The notes under the pieces: model-generated
Told to the model about the DNA's origin: nothing
What the model saw: only the letters and a program-made list of their open reading frames with translations
The model's database searches: none
Shown: positions 11,871-25,759 of the stretch, in pieces
How the letters are laid out: the number at the start of each line of letters is the position of its first letter
Numbering within the stretch: position 1 is the stretch's first letter
Program-made: the position numbers and the translations under genes
NCBI GenBank assembly: GCA_965645245.1
Contig: OZ287069.1
Span: 3,100,001 to 3,164,000, forward strand
From: Massalongia carnosa
Taxonomy: Eukaryota
Reading direction: 5' to 3'
DNA length: 64,000 nucleotides

Positions 11871-12554
11871 CCCGACATTCTTGGATGTTTTGAGATGTGC
11901 GAGCTTATGAGAAAAGTCGATCTATGAGGTGGTAAAAGGTGCTCTTTCCGAATGCAGGGCGAGTTTATGACGAGGCGATGAAGACGGCGTGAACAGCGTG
12001 AATCGTTCTTTTCCGACATTGCTGCTGGTTATAAGAAGTGGAGGTTTGCCAATGACTTTGGAGCGAGGTTATGGTATGCCAAGAAGAAAGGGCTGTAGAT
12101 GAATCTACTACCCTTCCCAAATACTAGTAGCTTGAAGAATTTGCGTGAATCTTGAAGAACTGTAGAATATGGCGACGAAAGTGCACGAAGGTGAACCTAT
12201 GCTTATTTAAAGGAAAGGGCTGTAGAATGCTTTGCTACCCTGACCAAGTATTTGCAGATAAAGGATTTGTGAGTCCCGGGAAAAGGCAGATCCGCTGAGC
12301 AAATGATTGCAAGATAAAGCGTAAGCGGAGAAAGGAAAAAGGCTGTAGAGAAGTCTGCTATCTTGTCTTGTCCGAACCTGCGTGGGCTTGAGGAATGTAT
12401 GTGTCCGAATGCTAAGAAGTGATGAACTGGAGAGAAAGTGTCATGCATGTTCATGCAAGATTAAGAGGCACCGAGTAAGAGGAAAGGTACCTCAAGGCTA
12501 GAAGATGTCATGAAGAGAAATGAACCTAAGAGTTCTTCTCAACGAGCCAAAGCT

Positions 12555-13367
12555 TCAATAAAGAACTCCAAGGGACGTCAGAAAAGGGGGAGGAGCCTCT
12601 AGCCCGAGGGTATCTTGAGGAACGAGGTCGTAATGTGCCTGAGACAGAAGAAACTCATCCAGAGACCATGCTTTTTCACTTGTTTCAACCAGGCGATCAC
12701 GAGACCCAGCCCAAATGTAAGTGTCTGCGTAAAGGCGCACTGGCAAATCTGAATGAAGGAGCCTAAGCTCTAATTCCACCTCTCGGCAAAACTGTCCGCT
12801 TTCAAAACGGTCCAGGGCCCCAATGTCAGCGGCACTGAGGCCAAAAATAAGGAAATCTTCTAGATCATCAGTCTCGCCCCCTTCCTCAATAACAGCCGGG
12901 AAGGGGGGGCCGCGACTTGCTAGCCGTTTGTGGTGCGTGGGGGTTGCTCTACACATGCGGCTAGCCAGCTTGGCTTCTTTGACGTCAGTTGGATGGGGGT
13001 CTAGGACGCGAAGGACGACACTGGGCATCATGAGGGACCCGTACACGAAAAGCACGGTTGGGAAGAGTGTCTTAAGGCGGGCGAGCCCTTCCGCGTCTTA
13101 GATGTTTTCATAGGCATCCTCCCAGGACCGAGGACGATGGACATGGTTCCTGTCAAAATAGACAAGGTTTGGATAAGGCTCGTAAGGTGAACTGTCCACT
13201 GTGCGAAGTGCTTGGGGATGTAGAGAGTGATTGGTCGTGGATGTCGAGAAGGTTAAATGTTCAGTAAATAGTGGGGCAACTGGGAAACAGAACAGAGCAC
13301 TTAAAGGAGGATTGGTTATTGTGATCGCGGGAAGATTTCGTGGAGGCGCGTCCTTGCTCGGTATCAA
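12555..13367 (-). pseudogene. AIG2-like / gamma-glutamylcyclotransferase family gene with an in-frame stop
   Basis: LFVYGSLM, FPAVI, GLSAADIGALDRFE and ADTYIW motifs. ORF 13098-13367 is in frame with 12555-13055 across a TAA at 13098-13100; no upstream ATG found. Confidence 0.75.
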
Positions 13368-14489
13368 GCCACCACGTAAGAGTTACAGTTTTGCCTGCAG
13401 GTAAGTGGGTTGGTGATGGTTCTCGACGCTGTCTAGATAATATAATATGGCCCGGTACTTAGCACTATTACACGATGCTCTTGAGGTTTTATCTCCGTTC
13501 AGGACTAGCTTGGGCTCGAACATAATCCTTGACGTATGTCATGATGGCATCCTCCGGGCAGGGGCATTGAGAACTGAAATGCTGAAGCTATCCACAAAAC
13601 TGCGCGTTGGAAAAAGGGTGAGGGCCGGTAGAACGAATGTGCACCCAACGCACTTTTCGAAAAAAGAAAACGAGAGTGCAAAGGATAGCTTGGACGCCTT
13701 TTGTAAGGCATGTTAATTATTTAGCACCAAAGAAGACAAAATGATACAAAAGTCGCAAGTTGGGAGGAGGAAATCGCATCCACGACCAAAATTGACCATC
13801 CACAACAGCGGTGGGAGTACAAAACAGGTCAAATTTTTATTCGATTACTACATACTCCATACCAACCCGCAAGAGAGATATCTCAATAGAGTAGCTGAAT
13901 TGACAAGGCCCGGAAAGTTGGAGGATTAAATTCGGCATCGCCAGTCAATCTAAGCGTCTATTACGCGTATACGGCCTGACGGATACTCTGCATCGAGCAC
14001 ATCGAATAGGGATGCACATTAGTCTTGGTGCATCAGGCTGTAACCGTCCTGCATCGTTCTTCAACTTTCGTCGTCGTGTCATTGTGTTGTTGATTCCAAC
14101 ACTCTCGGTTCATTGTGATTCAGTGTAAGCTCCAGCCGACTTGATCAGGCGTAGGCAGCGGTGGATGACGAGTTGGTTCTACGTCGGCATGTCTGGAGGC
14201 TTCTATGAAGTTCCTTGAGACGCGGATTATGTATCTGCCGTTACGCTAAACCTGTTCAAGCGACAATTCACAATTTGTTTCTGAAGCTCCAACTTACACT
14301 TTGTAACTCAACATCAACCCTTTTGACCTTTCTTTCCTCTCCCTCTGTTAACCATCCTCCTCACACATATTCTAGCGCTATTTCCTTCTTTACTGTGAAG
14401 AGATATCGTGTCTCGTGCCATCTCTCCACGACATTTACCCGTAGTTCTCAAAGCCACCTAGTTGTCTGCATATATTTACCCACATCACC

Positions 14490-17221
<2,732 letters not shown>

Positions 17222-17998
17222 ACACGGAGGATAGGTTCAGAATCTCACCGTTTGCCTGGGACGACAAAGTTGTTAGGCGAGTTAATGGAGGGTAAGGCTA
17301 GGTTAATTGATTGGTATGGTGCATGCATGCCGTCTGGGATCTCTCTTGTATTAGGGGGGATTTGTTTTTTTACCTTGATAGAATGAAGTTCGCCTCTTGC
17401 TTCTCGCATAGGGTTGCTAATGTACATTTGAATCGTTTCCCTACTCTTTTTGTGATGGGATATTAGGGATCCCCCTTTCTGCCTGACAACTCCTCTTTTT
17501 CAAACCCCAACCTCGTTTTGCTTGTAAGTCCTTCCCCCTCCCTCCCCCTCCCCCTCCCCCAACCAACCAAACATCTATCCCTCCCCCTCCCTGTTCAGGT
17601 TTTTTTCTCTCTCACGGGAAAAAAAAAACAACGAACAAACGATCAAACGAGACTAATCCCCGCCAAACAAACAAATAATAAGGGGAGGGAGGCGAGTGTT
17701 TCCTTTTTGGAAGGGAGAGAGAGTGTGTGAGTGAGTGAGTGAAGAGGGGATGGGGGGGGGAGGGGTATATAGAGAATATTTACATTCATAGAGTATATAG
17801 ATAGGATTGATTGGTTGGTTGGTTTGATGCCTACTCCACATAGCGAGTAACCCCCAAAATAACGATGTCGTAAAAGAGAAGAGAAAAGAAAGAAAGGAGC
17901 CAAACTCATACAGATACCATGTGCAGCTATATTGCGAAACACTAGGCTATGGATGGATGGATGAAACGAAACGAACGCAAAATAACGTACACGCTGCA

Positions 17999-19384
17999 TT
18001 ATACGTACCTCCCCCTGCCTTCTTCATCCCCCGCAAGCAACGGCCGCTCGTCATTGTTGCTATTGCTGTTGCCATTGCCGTCGCTCTCTCCCTCTCCATT
18101 CCCCTCTCCTTTTCCCAGCGGCCCAGGACTAGGCACCCACCCCCTCATCCACCCCTTCACCCCCCTCCACTTCCACCTTCCCCTCCGCCTCCCTCCCGTC
18201 TCCGTCTCCGTCTCCGTCTCCACGCTGATCTTCGTCCCAGCGCCGAACCGCAGAAACTGCATCCCGATCGTCGCGTCCAGGGCCAACACCCCGGCCGTGC
18301 CCAGCCAAAACGGCGCCGCCAGCACCACCCACGTCCAGCGGTCGTTTCCCTCGGCTCCGGCCCAGCCGTGCAGACCGTGCGGCGGGCAGGACGCCCAGGC
18401 TAAGGGGTTCATGACCACGGAGGTGCTATAGAGGGCGTTGCCCGTGAAGGCGGCGGCGAAGAGGCCGGGCGAGAGGCCGGAGGTGGAGCGGCGGGTGTGG
18501 TTTTTGAAGATTTGCGGCAGTCGGGAGACGAGGTAGAGGAGGCTGGAGGTCCAGGAGAGGAGGCGGCCGGCGAATTCGACCTTGTTGCTGAATTGGGAGG
18601 TGGTGGTGGTGGTGAAGGGATGGGTAGGGGATGCGTTGGCCAGGAGCGCGAAGAGGGCGGAGAGGAAGAGGAGGGTTCTTGGTGAGGCGCCGGCTGGGAG
18701 CGGAGAGGCTTGTACCCAGGTGGTTTTTGGACGGGAGGTTAACTTCTCGGTGATGTATAAATTATAGGAATTCTGCTTTCGAGAGTGGCGATGTTGCGTC
18801 GTTGGTTCGACGTCCTTTGCAGATTTGGTACTTGTTATGCTTTTCGGTCGTGTATTATACGTATCTTCTTCGGTTTCTATGCTTTCCGTCGGTGAAACTC
18901 CGATTAATACCTCCCCCGGACGGTCAAAATCTCTCTCGTCGTCCCTCAGTTTATCTTCCTCCACCCTCCCTTTCCGCGAGGATTGTATATACGAATACCA
19001 AATATATTGAGCAGCCATGATCAGATCCACACTAACATAATATGCCGCAAGCACCACTTGCCATGACGCCTGTCCCGTAAATAATGCGCCCAACATATTT
19101 GTGAGATCCCCAAAGAACCATTCTATCAAAAAGAACACCGACAGTCCGGACGCAGATTTAAGAACATAGTTTTTGTAGATTTGAGGAGGTAAAGCAAACA
19201 GCCAGGCCCCGATGCTAAGAATGCCAAGAGATGTAGAGAAGAAGGCCAACGGTGTGGGTATGCAGGTGTTGAAAGCCAAAGAGATGTTGAGCAGGAAAGA
19301 ATTCGTAGGTGTACAATATTCAGGAAGTCTTGACGATACGACGAGTGAGGAATAGGAAGTCATTGTTGCGATTGACTGTGACAT
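17999..19384 (-). CDS. PQ-loop repeat vacuolar amino acid transporter (Ypq/PQLC2-like)
   Basis: Two PQ-loop motifs (LPPQIYKNY...SASGLS; SRLPQIFKNH...STSGLS), hydrophobic helices and a C-terminal ERPLL dileucine signal. Confidence 0.9.
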   Translation of the reverse strand: MSQSIATMTSYSSLVVSSRLPEYCTPTNSFLLNISLAFNTCIPTPLAFFSTSLGILSIGAWLFALPPQIYKNYVLKSASGLSVFFLIEWFFGDLTNMLGALFTGQASWQVVLAAYYVSVDLIMAAQYIWYSYIQSSRKGRVEEDKLRDDERDFDRPGEVLIGVSPTESIETEEDTYNTRPKSITSTKSAKDVEPTTQHRHSRKQNSYNLYITEKLTSRPKTTWVQASPLPAGASPRTLLFLSALFALLANASPTHPFTTTTTSQFSNKVEFAGRLLSWTSSLLYLVSRLPQIFKNHTRRSTSGLSPGLFAAAFTGNALYSTSVVMNPLAWASCPPHGLHGWAGAEGNDRWTWVVLAAPFWLGTAGVLALDATIGMQFLRFGAGTKISVETETETETGGRRRGRWKWRGVKGWMRGWVPSPGPLGKGEGNGEGESDGNGNSNSNNDERPLLAGDEEGRGRYV

Positions 19385-20256
19385 AATCCGTCAAGCCGGT
19401 GATTACGTCGCGTCTATAGAAAAGCGTACTGCAGGAGCTATGATTTCGAAGTTGCTACCCTGGGCGTAAATGCAGTACCGAGACCTTGTTTGAACAACTT
19501 CCTGGGCTCCTCTGGCAGAAACGGGCTGGAACAAATGGGCTATCCCATCGTTCGCCACAGATGCTATCGGTCTGATAATCCACGCCCGCAGACGATTCAC
19601 GCTTCGAAAATTCCACACACAAGACCACCCACAAAGCTTCAGAGGCAAAAAGCCAGCACAAGAGCGACCCAAGCCCAACGACTCACACGCCGAGGCAGTG
19701 TAAGAACATAAGGTAGTCGAATATTGTTCAGGCAGCCAGACCTCGGAAAACTCGACAAGTGGAGCAGAAGAGGTGAAGAGCGAGGAGCGACGGAGGACTA
19801 AAGAAGAAGCCTGCCTAGGGGTCGCAGCAGAATCCACCTCGTGCGTCTAGACTTCTTTGTACAGAGTACTTCTGTAATCTCAGCTGCTCGGGGCGACGCC
19901 GCTGACTATGTCATGCGTGGCTAAAGCAGGCGCAATGCAACTCTACATATCGCAGAGCAGAGTAGAGTGATGTCTGGAGAGGTTTGTGACTGGCAGCTCT
20001 CCGTCTGGGTTCGGTCACGTCTCTGATTTGTTGGCACATGACGGATCAAGACTGATTGGACTACGGGGTATACCCGGAGATAAGATATGAATGCAACTCG
20101 CCTAAATCAATTGAATCTAGTAGCCAAGTCTAACGGGATTTAGTCAAGTCCTATCACATTAGAGTAACATACGCCGTACGGAGTGTGTATAGCGTAGAGT
20201 AGTATCACGGGACTACCATAAAAGGATTTTGTACGAAAGCGCCCGTGGCGTATAAC

Positions 20257-20538
20257 TGTCACGGTAGGAGTCCAATGATCCTATCCATATGGTGGAATAG
20301 TGTTTTGCTATTGGCTATACTACATGATAATCTGACGGAACGAACACAAGGAGGAAAACAGTAACTGCTCGCAGAGATTTCCTTTAACTCCTGAAAAGGG
20401 ACACTCACTAAGCCCAACTCGGTAAGCTCGCAGTCTAACCACAAACGATCATCCGCCGGCGCTAAACCTTAAAGTCCATCTATGGCCGTAGATGGACCTG
20501 TTCAATGAACCTCCACGTCTCATGTTCACACCATGACA
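20257..20538. mobile_element. Solo LTR-like element (282 bp)
   Basis: Termini TGTCACGG...CCATGACA; flanks ATAAC / TTAAC (4 of 5 TSD match); internal motif shared with the 21504 element. Confidence 0.65.
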
Positions 20539-20635
20539 TTAACGATTTTTTGAGCTTGCCTCATTGTCCTCATTGCTTTTTTTCAATCCGACACGTTCTG
20601 CTGCTACGAAAGCGGAAATCACTCCTGGAACGTCT

Positions 20636-22155
20636 ATGGCGAATTCCATTGTCTTAGACGATTCGCCCGAGATTCTTGAATCTCGTACGAACGAACCTAC
20701 TGAGAGCTCAGAATGTACAAACGGCTCAAGATCGGGGTAGAGTTCAGCATGCAAAAAGATCTGCCACGTATGGAGATGGAAAGGATGTGAATCTTCAACG
20801 ACTGGGAACCATTCCAAAGTCCAAAGTTTCTCTAAAACCTCATGCTGGATTGCCAGCCATGAGCGTACGGAAGACAGGATCTCAATCTCAAGTATCTTCT
20901 GGCATAGTGCATAAGATAATTGCACATTTGGTGATTCGAAAATATGATTTGTCTGATAACAGCAAGACTGTTAAATGGATCAAAGTTTGTAAGTGTTTAC
21001 ACTGTCGTTTCTTCCGTACGGAGTTGTTATATTAATATATTAGCCATGACAAACATAATTCTCATCGAGGACACGGAGTTCGAGAATCCTTCCATTTTCC
21101 TAAACAAATCAATCCTACTAGAGATGACATCGTACGATGACCTGAAATCCACTGCCATAGCAGTGTATTTAGCATGTGACTGATCAGACAAACATGGAGC
21201 CACAGATTTGGGTCGCAGTGCTAGAGATGTAACTTCGTTGATTGAATATCTGCAGTACTTTAAAAAGTCTGCAATCAATGAATACAACTGTTGGGTAACT
21301 GCGGAGAGACCGGATACCTCGTACAACTCGCATGACGCCTCGGACAAAGACACTGTGAAGACTCCTGTAAAACCCAAGATCAGAGTTCGATCTAATTCGA
21401 AATCTAAGATCAAGTTGGAAAGAAAAGACTCGGACGAATGTGTCAAGAAGAACAAAATCATCAAACAGGAAAAGATTTCTGATGCGCATGTCAAGGTATG
21501 ACTTGTCACGGTTCAACCACATCCACCCAAGGCGCATCTGCCGGCGCACTAACCGCTTCCGTTACTCACCCCTTTTAGCGGTGGATTGGACGGTCATAGG
21601 GACCGAAAGCTCCGGGACGCTAAACCTTATTTCCATCTACGGAAACCGTAGGTGGCCGGTCACTATCAAGCAATCATAGGGCAATCAACGGAGGTCTGAA
21701 AGGACTGAAAGGGACGCATCGGAACGACCTTCTAAAGCAAACACAAATGGATGAAAGGGACAAAGGGCAGAAAGACTGTTTGACCAAACTGATCACTTAT
21801 TGATGAAGACACAAGCAGCTGGATCGGGCCAAGCGATTATCTATATAGACTCCTAGAGAGGGCACACCCTTTGCTTGATTCCTTTCTGCATCTTTGATAT
21901 TTTCTAGTCCATAGCTTCCCAGTAGATAGTCAATTCCACATCCTGGTTGAACCGTCACATGACTCGTACGTGTTGTTGCATCCTCTTGTTAACAATTTAC
22001 AGGAAGAATTGGCCGATTCTTCTTTTCCTTCAGTGGAAAATCTCCGCAAAAGAACCATTACTGTCCGCTCTCCGCCAACTTCCATCTTGACAACGACATC
22101 ACCTCTTCGTACGTGGTCCAAGATGGACTTAAAATCGGAAGAACAGAGTCATTGA
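20636..22155 (+). pseudogene. Decayed intron-containing gene of unknown function (Lys/Ser-rich)
   Basis: The pieces join across GT-AG introns (~20989-21044, and 21496-22001, which contains the solo LTR). Apparent frameshift near 20690 and in-frame TGA at 21181-21183. Confidence 0.55.
21504..21959. mobile_element. Solo LTR (456 bp) inserted in an intron
   Basis: Inverted termini TGTCACGGTTCAACC...GGTTGAACCGTCACA (14 of 15 match); perfect TSD TGACT (21499-21503, 21960-21964); TATA-like TATATA near 21842. Confidence 0.9.
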
Positions 22156-22345
22156 AGCTCTGTTCGTAATAGGTTGATGAAGGAGTTGTTAGTTATGCGT
22201 TTCATTAAGTACACATGTTTTATGTTTCGTACGACTTGGGTCAGCCATCACTTTTATTTAAAGCGATCGAGTAACCCTAACTTCAAAATTTAAGCGAAAG
22301 CATTTGAAGTTCGGCGACATCGAGCCCCACATACATCATTCAACA

Positions 22346-23042
22346 ATGACCCGTACGAGCGGTAGGTTTCAAATGACATTGACATATTCTTGTAACAATA
22401 TAATGAATATTATCTTGTTTAAACCTCAACCTCAATTCTCTTTTGTGTTTTTCTTATTTCTCCATCCTTTTTCTTCTCGTCATCATGTACGTTGATTTAT
22501 TGTCAATTACCCGTACGAGCTGTATTAGACTGATTCTTGTGTTGTTTAGGACCTTAATTCTTTACAACGCCGCAGTCGCCGTTGCCGCCGTGCAGCAGAA
22601 TCCCGTCCTCATTGTAGGGCAACAGCAGCTGGCCTCCTTCGTACACAGCCCGCAGGGACGGGCGATTCTAGCCTTATCAGGTCAGAACGTGGAGTTCGTA
22701 CGCGGCAGTATAACTCCCGCTCAAATAGGATCGCATCGTCCCTCGTATCTCAATGACATTCTCATTCAATCTCGTGAAACAACGTTGAAGCAACCGTGTC
22801 TCGCGTGTCGCAACGTGTTTCCGGGCCTTCGTCCGTTTCCGAAGTGGCGCCGAGTGACCGGACACTTCGGCGGAGCATGCGCCAATTGCAAATGGCGCGA
22901 TCATGCCAGTCGCTGCTCCGTACGAGGGGATGAGGATGATGATGTCGTTGTGACTGGCCAGCGCCGTTTGAAGCCTTCTTCAGGGAATCATGTTGTGAAT
23001 GATGACGGAACGACTCGAGAAACTGCCGTTGTTCTTTATTAA
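22346..23042 (+). CDS. DUF3716-like Cys-cluster protein A
   Basis: A micro-exon (ATG ACC CGT ACG AGC G, donor GTAGGT) spliced to cag|TCGCC gives MTRTSVAVAAVQQ...RPSYLNDILIQSR...PCLACR...PFPKWRR...GGACANCKWRDHASRC. Confidence 0.7.
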
Positions 23043-23368
23043 AGTGAGTATGAAGATTTTTCTTTAAAGTTACAGCACAAGCACAAGCACAAGCACTACT
23101 TAATCGTACGGGATGTGTACGATACCTGAACAAGACTTGCACTTCTACGCAGTGTTCAGGACGAGTAACTCTTGTATGAAGAGTAAAACCAAGCAAGTCA
23201 ATTAGATTAAAATAGACATCGGGAGTGTAATATAATATGAAATTCTAATAATGAAACGTATGGGTGAATAACGCAAGCTCGTGTTGTGACAGTGAATATC
23301 ATCATGTGCAGTCTTCAAGCTCACTTCTTTTTTTCTTCTTTCTTTCTTTCATCATTGTCCTCATCACT

Positions 23369-24147
23369 ATGTCTTCCGGTATGTGATATCATTTATCTAT
23401 CTAACAGTAAGAGACTCGTACTAACTGATATATTATGTTCAGTGTCGTCTTTGCCTTCTGCCGCTGACCTTCTCATTCATTCTATGATGGTGCGGACTGC
23501 AGCTCTTGAGGTAAGTTCTTGTCTCATATTGTTATTCATGTTTCTAATTTGATTTAGTTACTTCCGTACGCCTTGCACGAAGAAATGCGTGTTGTCTTAT
23601 TGCGACGTCCCACGGGTCGCAATGTGCAATTAAGGCATGCGGAAGGGATCAAGGCACATCAGATTGAACGAGCCCGGTCTTCTTATATTCAAGCTCTAAT
23701 CATAGCATCTCGAGGGGCTCTTCGCCATCTTCCGTGCGAGCGCTGCGTACGAGGATTGGGGCCCTTCATTGGATGCTATGGTTTAGATGTCTTGAGAGAA
23801 GGCGCGTGTGCCAATTGCATTTGGGGAGATGCTTCGACTCAATGCCGATATTGTACGTAATGTCTAAAATATGTGAGAATCTTATTGCTTTATTTAATTA
23901 TGTTATAGACAGAGTATACGCGATCGTCAGAACTATTCCTCCCTTAACGCAACAGTTCTCTCATGTGGCAATTCCTCTTTCGTCGTCTGCGTCGGAGCCT
24001 CGTACAATTGAGACGATCGTCTCATTGTCTTCTGCAGAAGACAACGCTGACGTCCAATTGTCTCGAGAGTTAGCGGCAGCGCAGGTTGAAGAGTATGTTC
24101 TTAGATCGTACGAAGTCCCATCATTGAACTATACTAACTTTATATAA
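23369..24147 (+). CDS. DUF3716-like Cys-cluster protein B, 4 exons
   Basis: Three phase-consistent GT-AG introns give MSSVSSLPS...RSSYIQALIIASRG...PCERCVRGLGPFIGC...GACANCIWGDASTQC... Confidence 0.75.
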
Positions 24148-24753
24148 TAGAGAGGAAGAAATGGGAAGAGAAGAAAGCGTGGAATTATAAATATACGTTG
24201 TTGTTTCGTCGCAATGTCGCGATTCGAAACTGAAGAATTTCGTTATGGTGGTTTGGTATTTACCGTCCGCCGTAAGCATACTACGATTGTTACTGGTCGT
24301 CAAAAACCATGGGGGCATTCCCACGGAATTGGTTGATGTTAGTCGACAGAGTTGCTTACAAGTTCATTGCCAAGGTTAAATCTCATAGCGATGGTGACAG
24401 CGCATTGCGAACAGATAGATATTCTTCAAGTCCTTGGGTTCATCGTACGCTGCGTGCTCTCCGTCTTTAGCCAACATGAGGCTAAAGGAAATCTCGATGG
24501 ATGATTAACAGTACGAGGGCAAAATGAAGAACAACGACGACTAGCTACGAGAAACGTGTCGTGAGATTTTGCAATTTGTGCCTCGGTGACGTCCTGTGAA
24601 GGGTGCTTGGAGACACTACATTACGGGACTAAGAGCTTTATATAATATATTGCACGCTTGTCAAAACGAAAAACCCTGTTATGATTGTCTCGGTTATTGA
24701 AGCAAGTTTGGTTGATTGTATAAGAGTGAAACAAGATCCAAGCAAATCCCTAA

Positions 24754-25759
24754 TCAAACTTGAGCGTGGACATCTTCTGATCCAGCCGGCCGGTATCCAG
24801 AGTCATCGCGATTATAAGGTGGCCTTGATTGATTAGCCTCCATTACAATCTACACGAATCATGGGTATTCTTACCTACCTGGCGAGATTCTTCGCCGCGA
24901 CAATTCCCGCGCTACCGACAGCATACGCACCCAGCAATGTTCTCCAGCTACCACTTTGACCTACGGCGAGAGCAACTAGATCATATACAAGACATCCACC
25001 AAAGATCCAATCACTTGATGCACTGGCTAGCCCGAACCCAAGACCTGTTAACACCCTGACGGTTGTTGATGGCGTTTCTCCCTTGAAGAATGCGGCGCTA
25101 CCGTTGTGAAGCAGATCGAGAACACCGATGCCAGCGAAGGTTTTAGCAACGATGTGCGTGAGCACCGAGCTAGTGGAACTAGTGTTCATTGGCTGGATTT
25201 TGGCGACTAGGTAGTAAAGCTGGCTCAGGGTGTTGACGGTGACGAATGCATGGGAAATATCGAGACGCTCTGAATTCCAGAAGATCATCCAAGCTTCAAT
25301 GGTGTTAACTGAGTTGATATGTGATGATACAGACAAGAACGTACCGGCAATGCAAAAGTTCCCCAACGCGTAGTATGGCACGTAGTCAGCTAAAACAGAC
25401 ACGTCAGCGCTTTCCCTTGGCGAGTAGAGCCTTCCACTGACCTATCTGGTCTAACTCGGTGCGCTCAATTGGCCTCTTGGGGTCTAGCTTCCAGAGGCGA
25501 TAGAGCCAAGCAAGTTGGATGAGCTGCTGAGGGAAAAAGAAGCCTCCGATGAAATAGGGCTGAGGACTGAAGAACGAAATGTTCCTATCATTAATATCTT
25601 TCATGTTGGGCTTGGAAAGCAGTCCATATTGCTGAGCTGCAAAATCGATCAAGAAGGAGGCCGGCGCCTGGGTAACGCGAGCATGGTCAAAACGACTTTC
25701 ACCAGTTTTGGAGGAGCAAGACAGAGCATGACAGGAACTTGAAGCGACTTACCAGCCAT
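24754..25759 (-). CDS. Conserved fungal multi-pass membrane protein of unknown function
   Basis: Spliced exons IDFAAQQYG, FFFPQQLIQLAWLYRLW, YVPYYALGNFCIA, KTFAGIGVLDLLHNGS. ATG at 25759; last exon ends in TGA at 24754. Confidence 0.8.

Larger units (their letters stand above)
20204..24631. mobile_element. Putative inserted accessory island (CGTACG-rich, DUF3716-like genes)
   Basis: Distinct oligonucleotide signature, orphan Cys-rich genes and two solo LTRs. Near-identical 12-mers bracket it: ATCACGGGACTA (20204-20215) and ATTACGGGACTA (24620-24631). No transposase seen. Confidence 0.5.

Noticed and set aside
12085..12370. CRISPR-like array interpretation (also considered for 34886-35068)
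   Set aside because: Eukaryotic context, degenerate repeats, irregular spacers and no cas genes.
20900..20990. Chromodomain-like VHKIIAH...VKW segment
   Set aside because: Spacing is poor and the TWEP-type motif is absent; similarity too weak.
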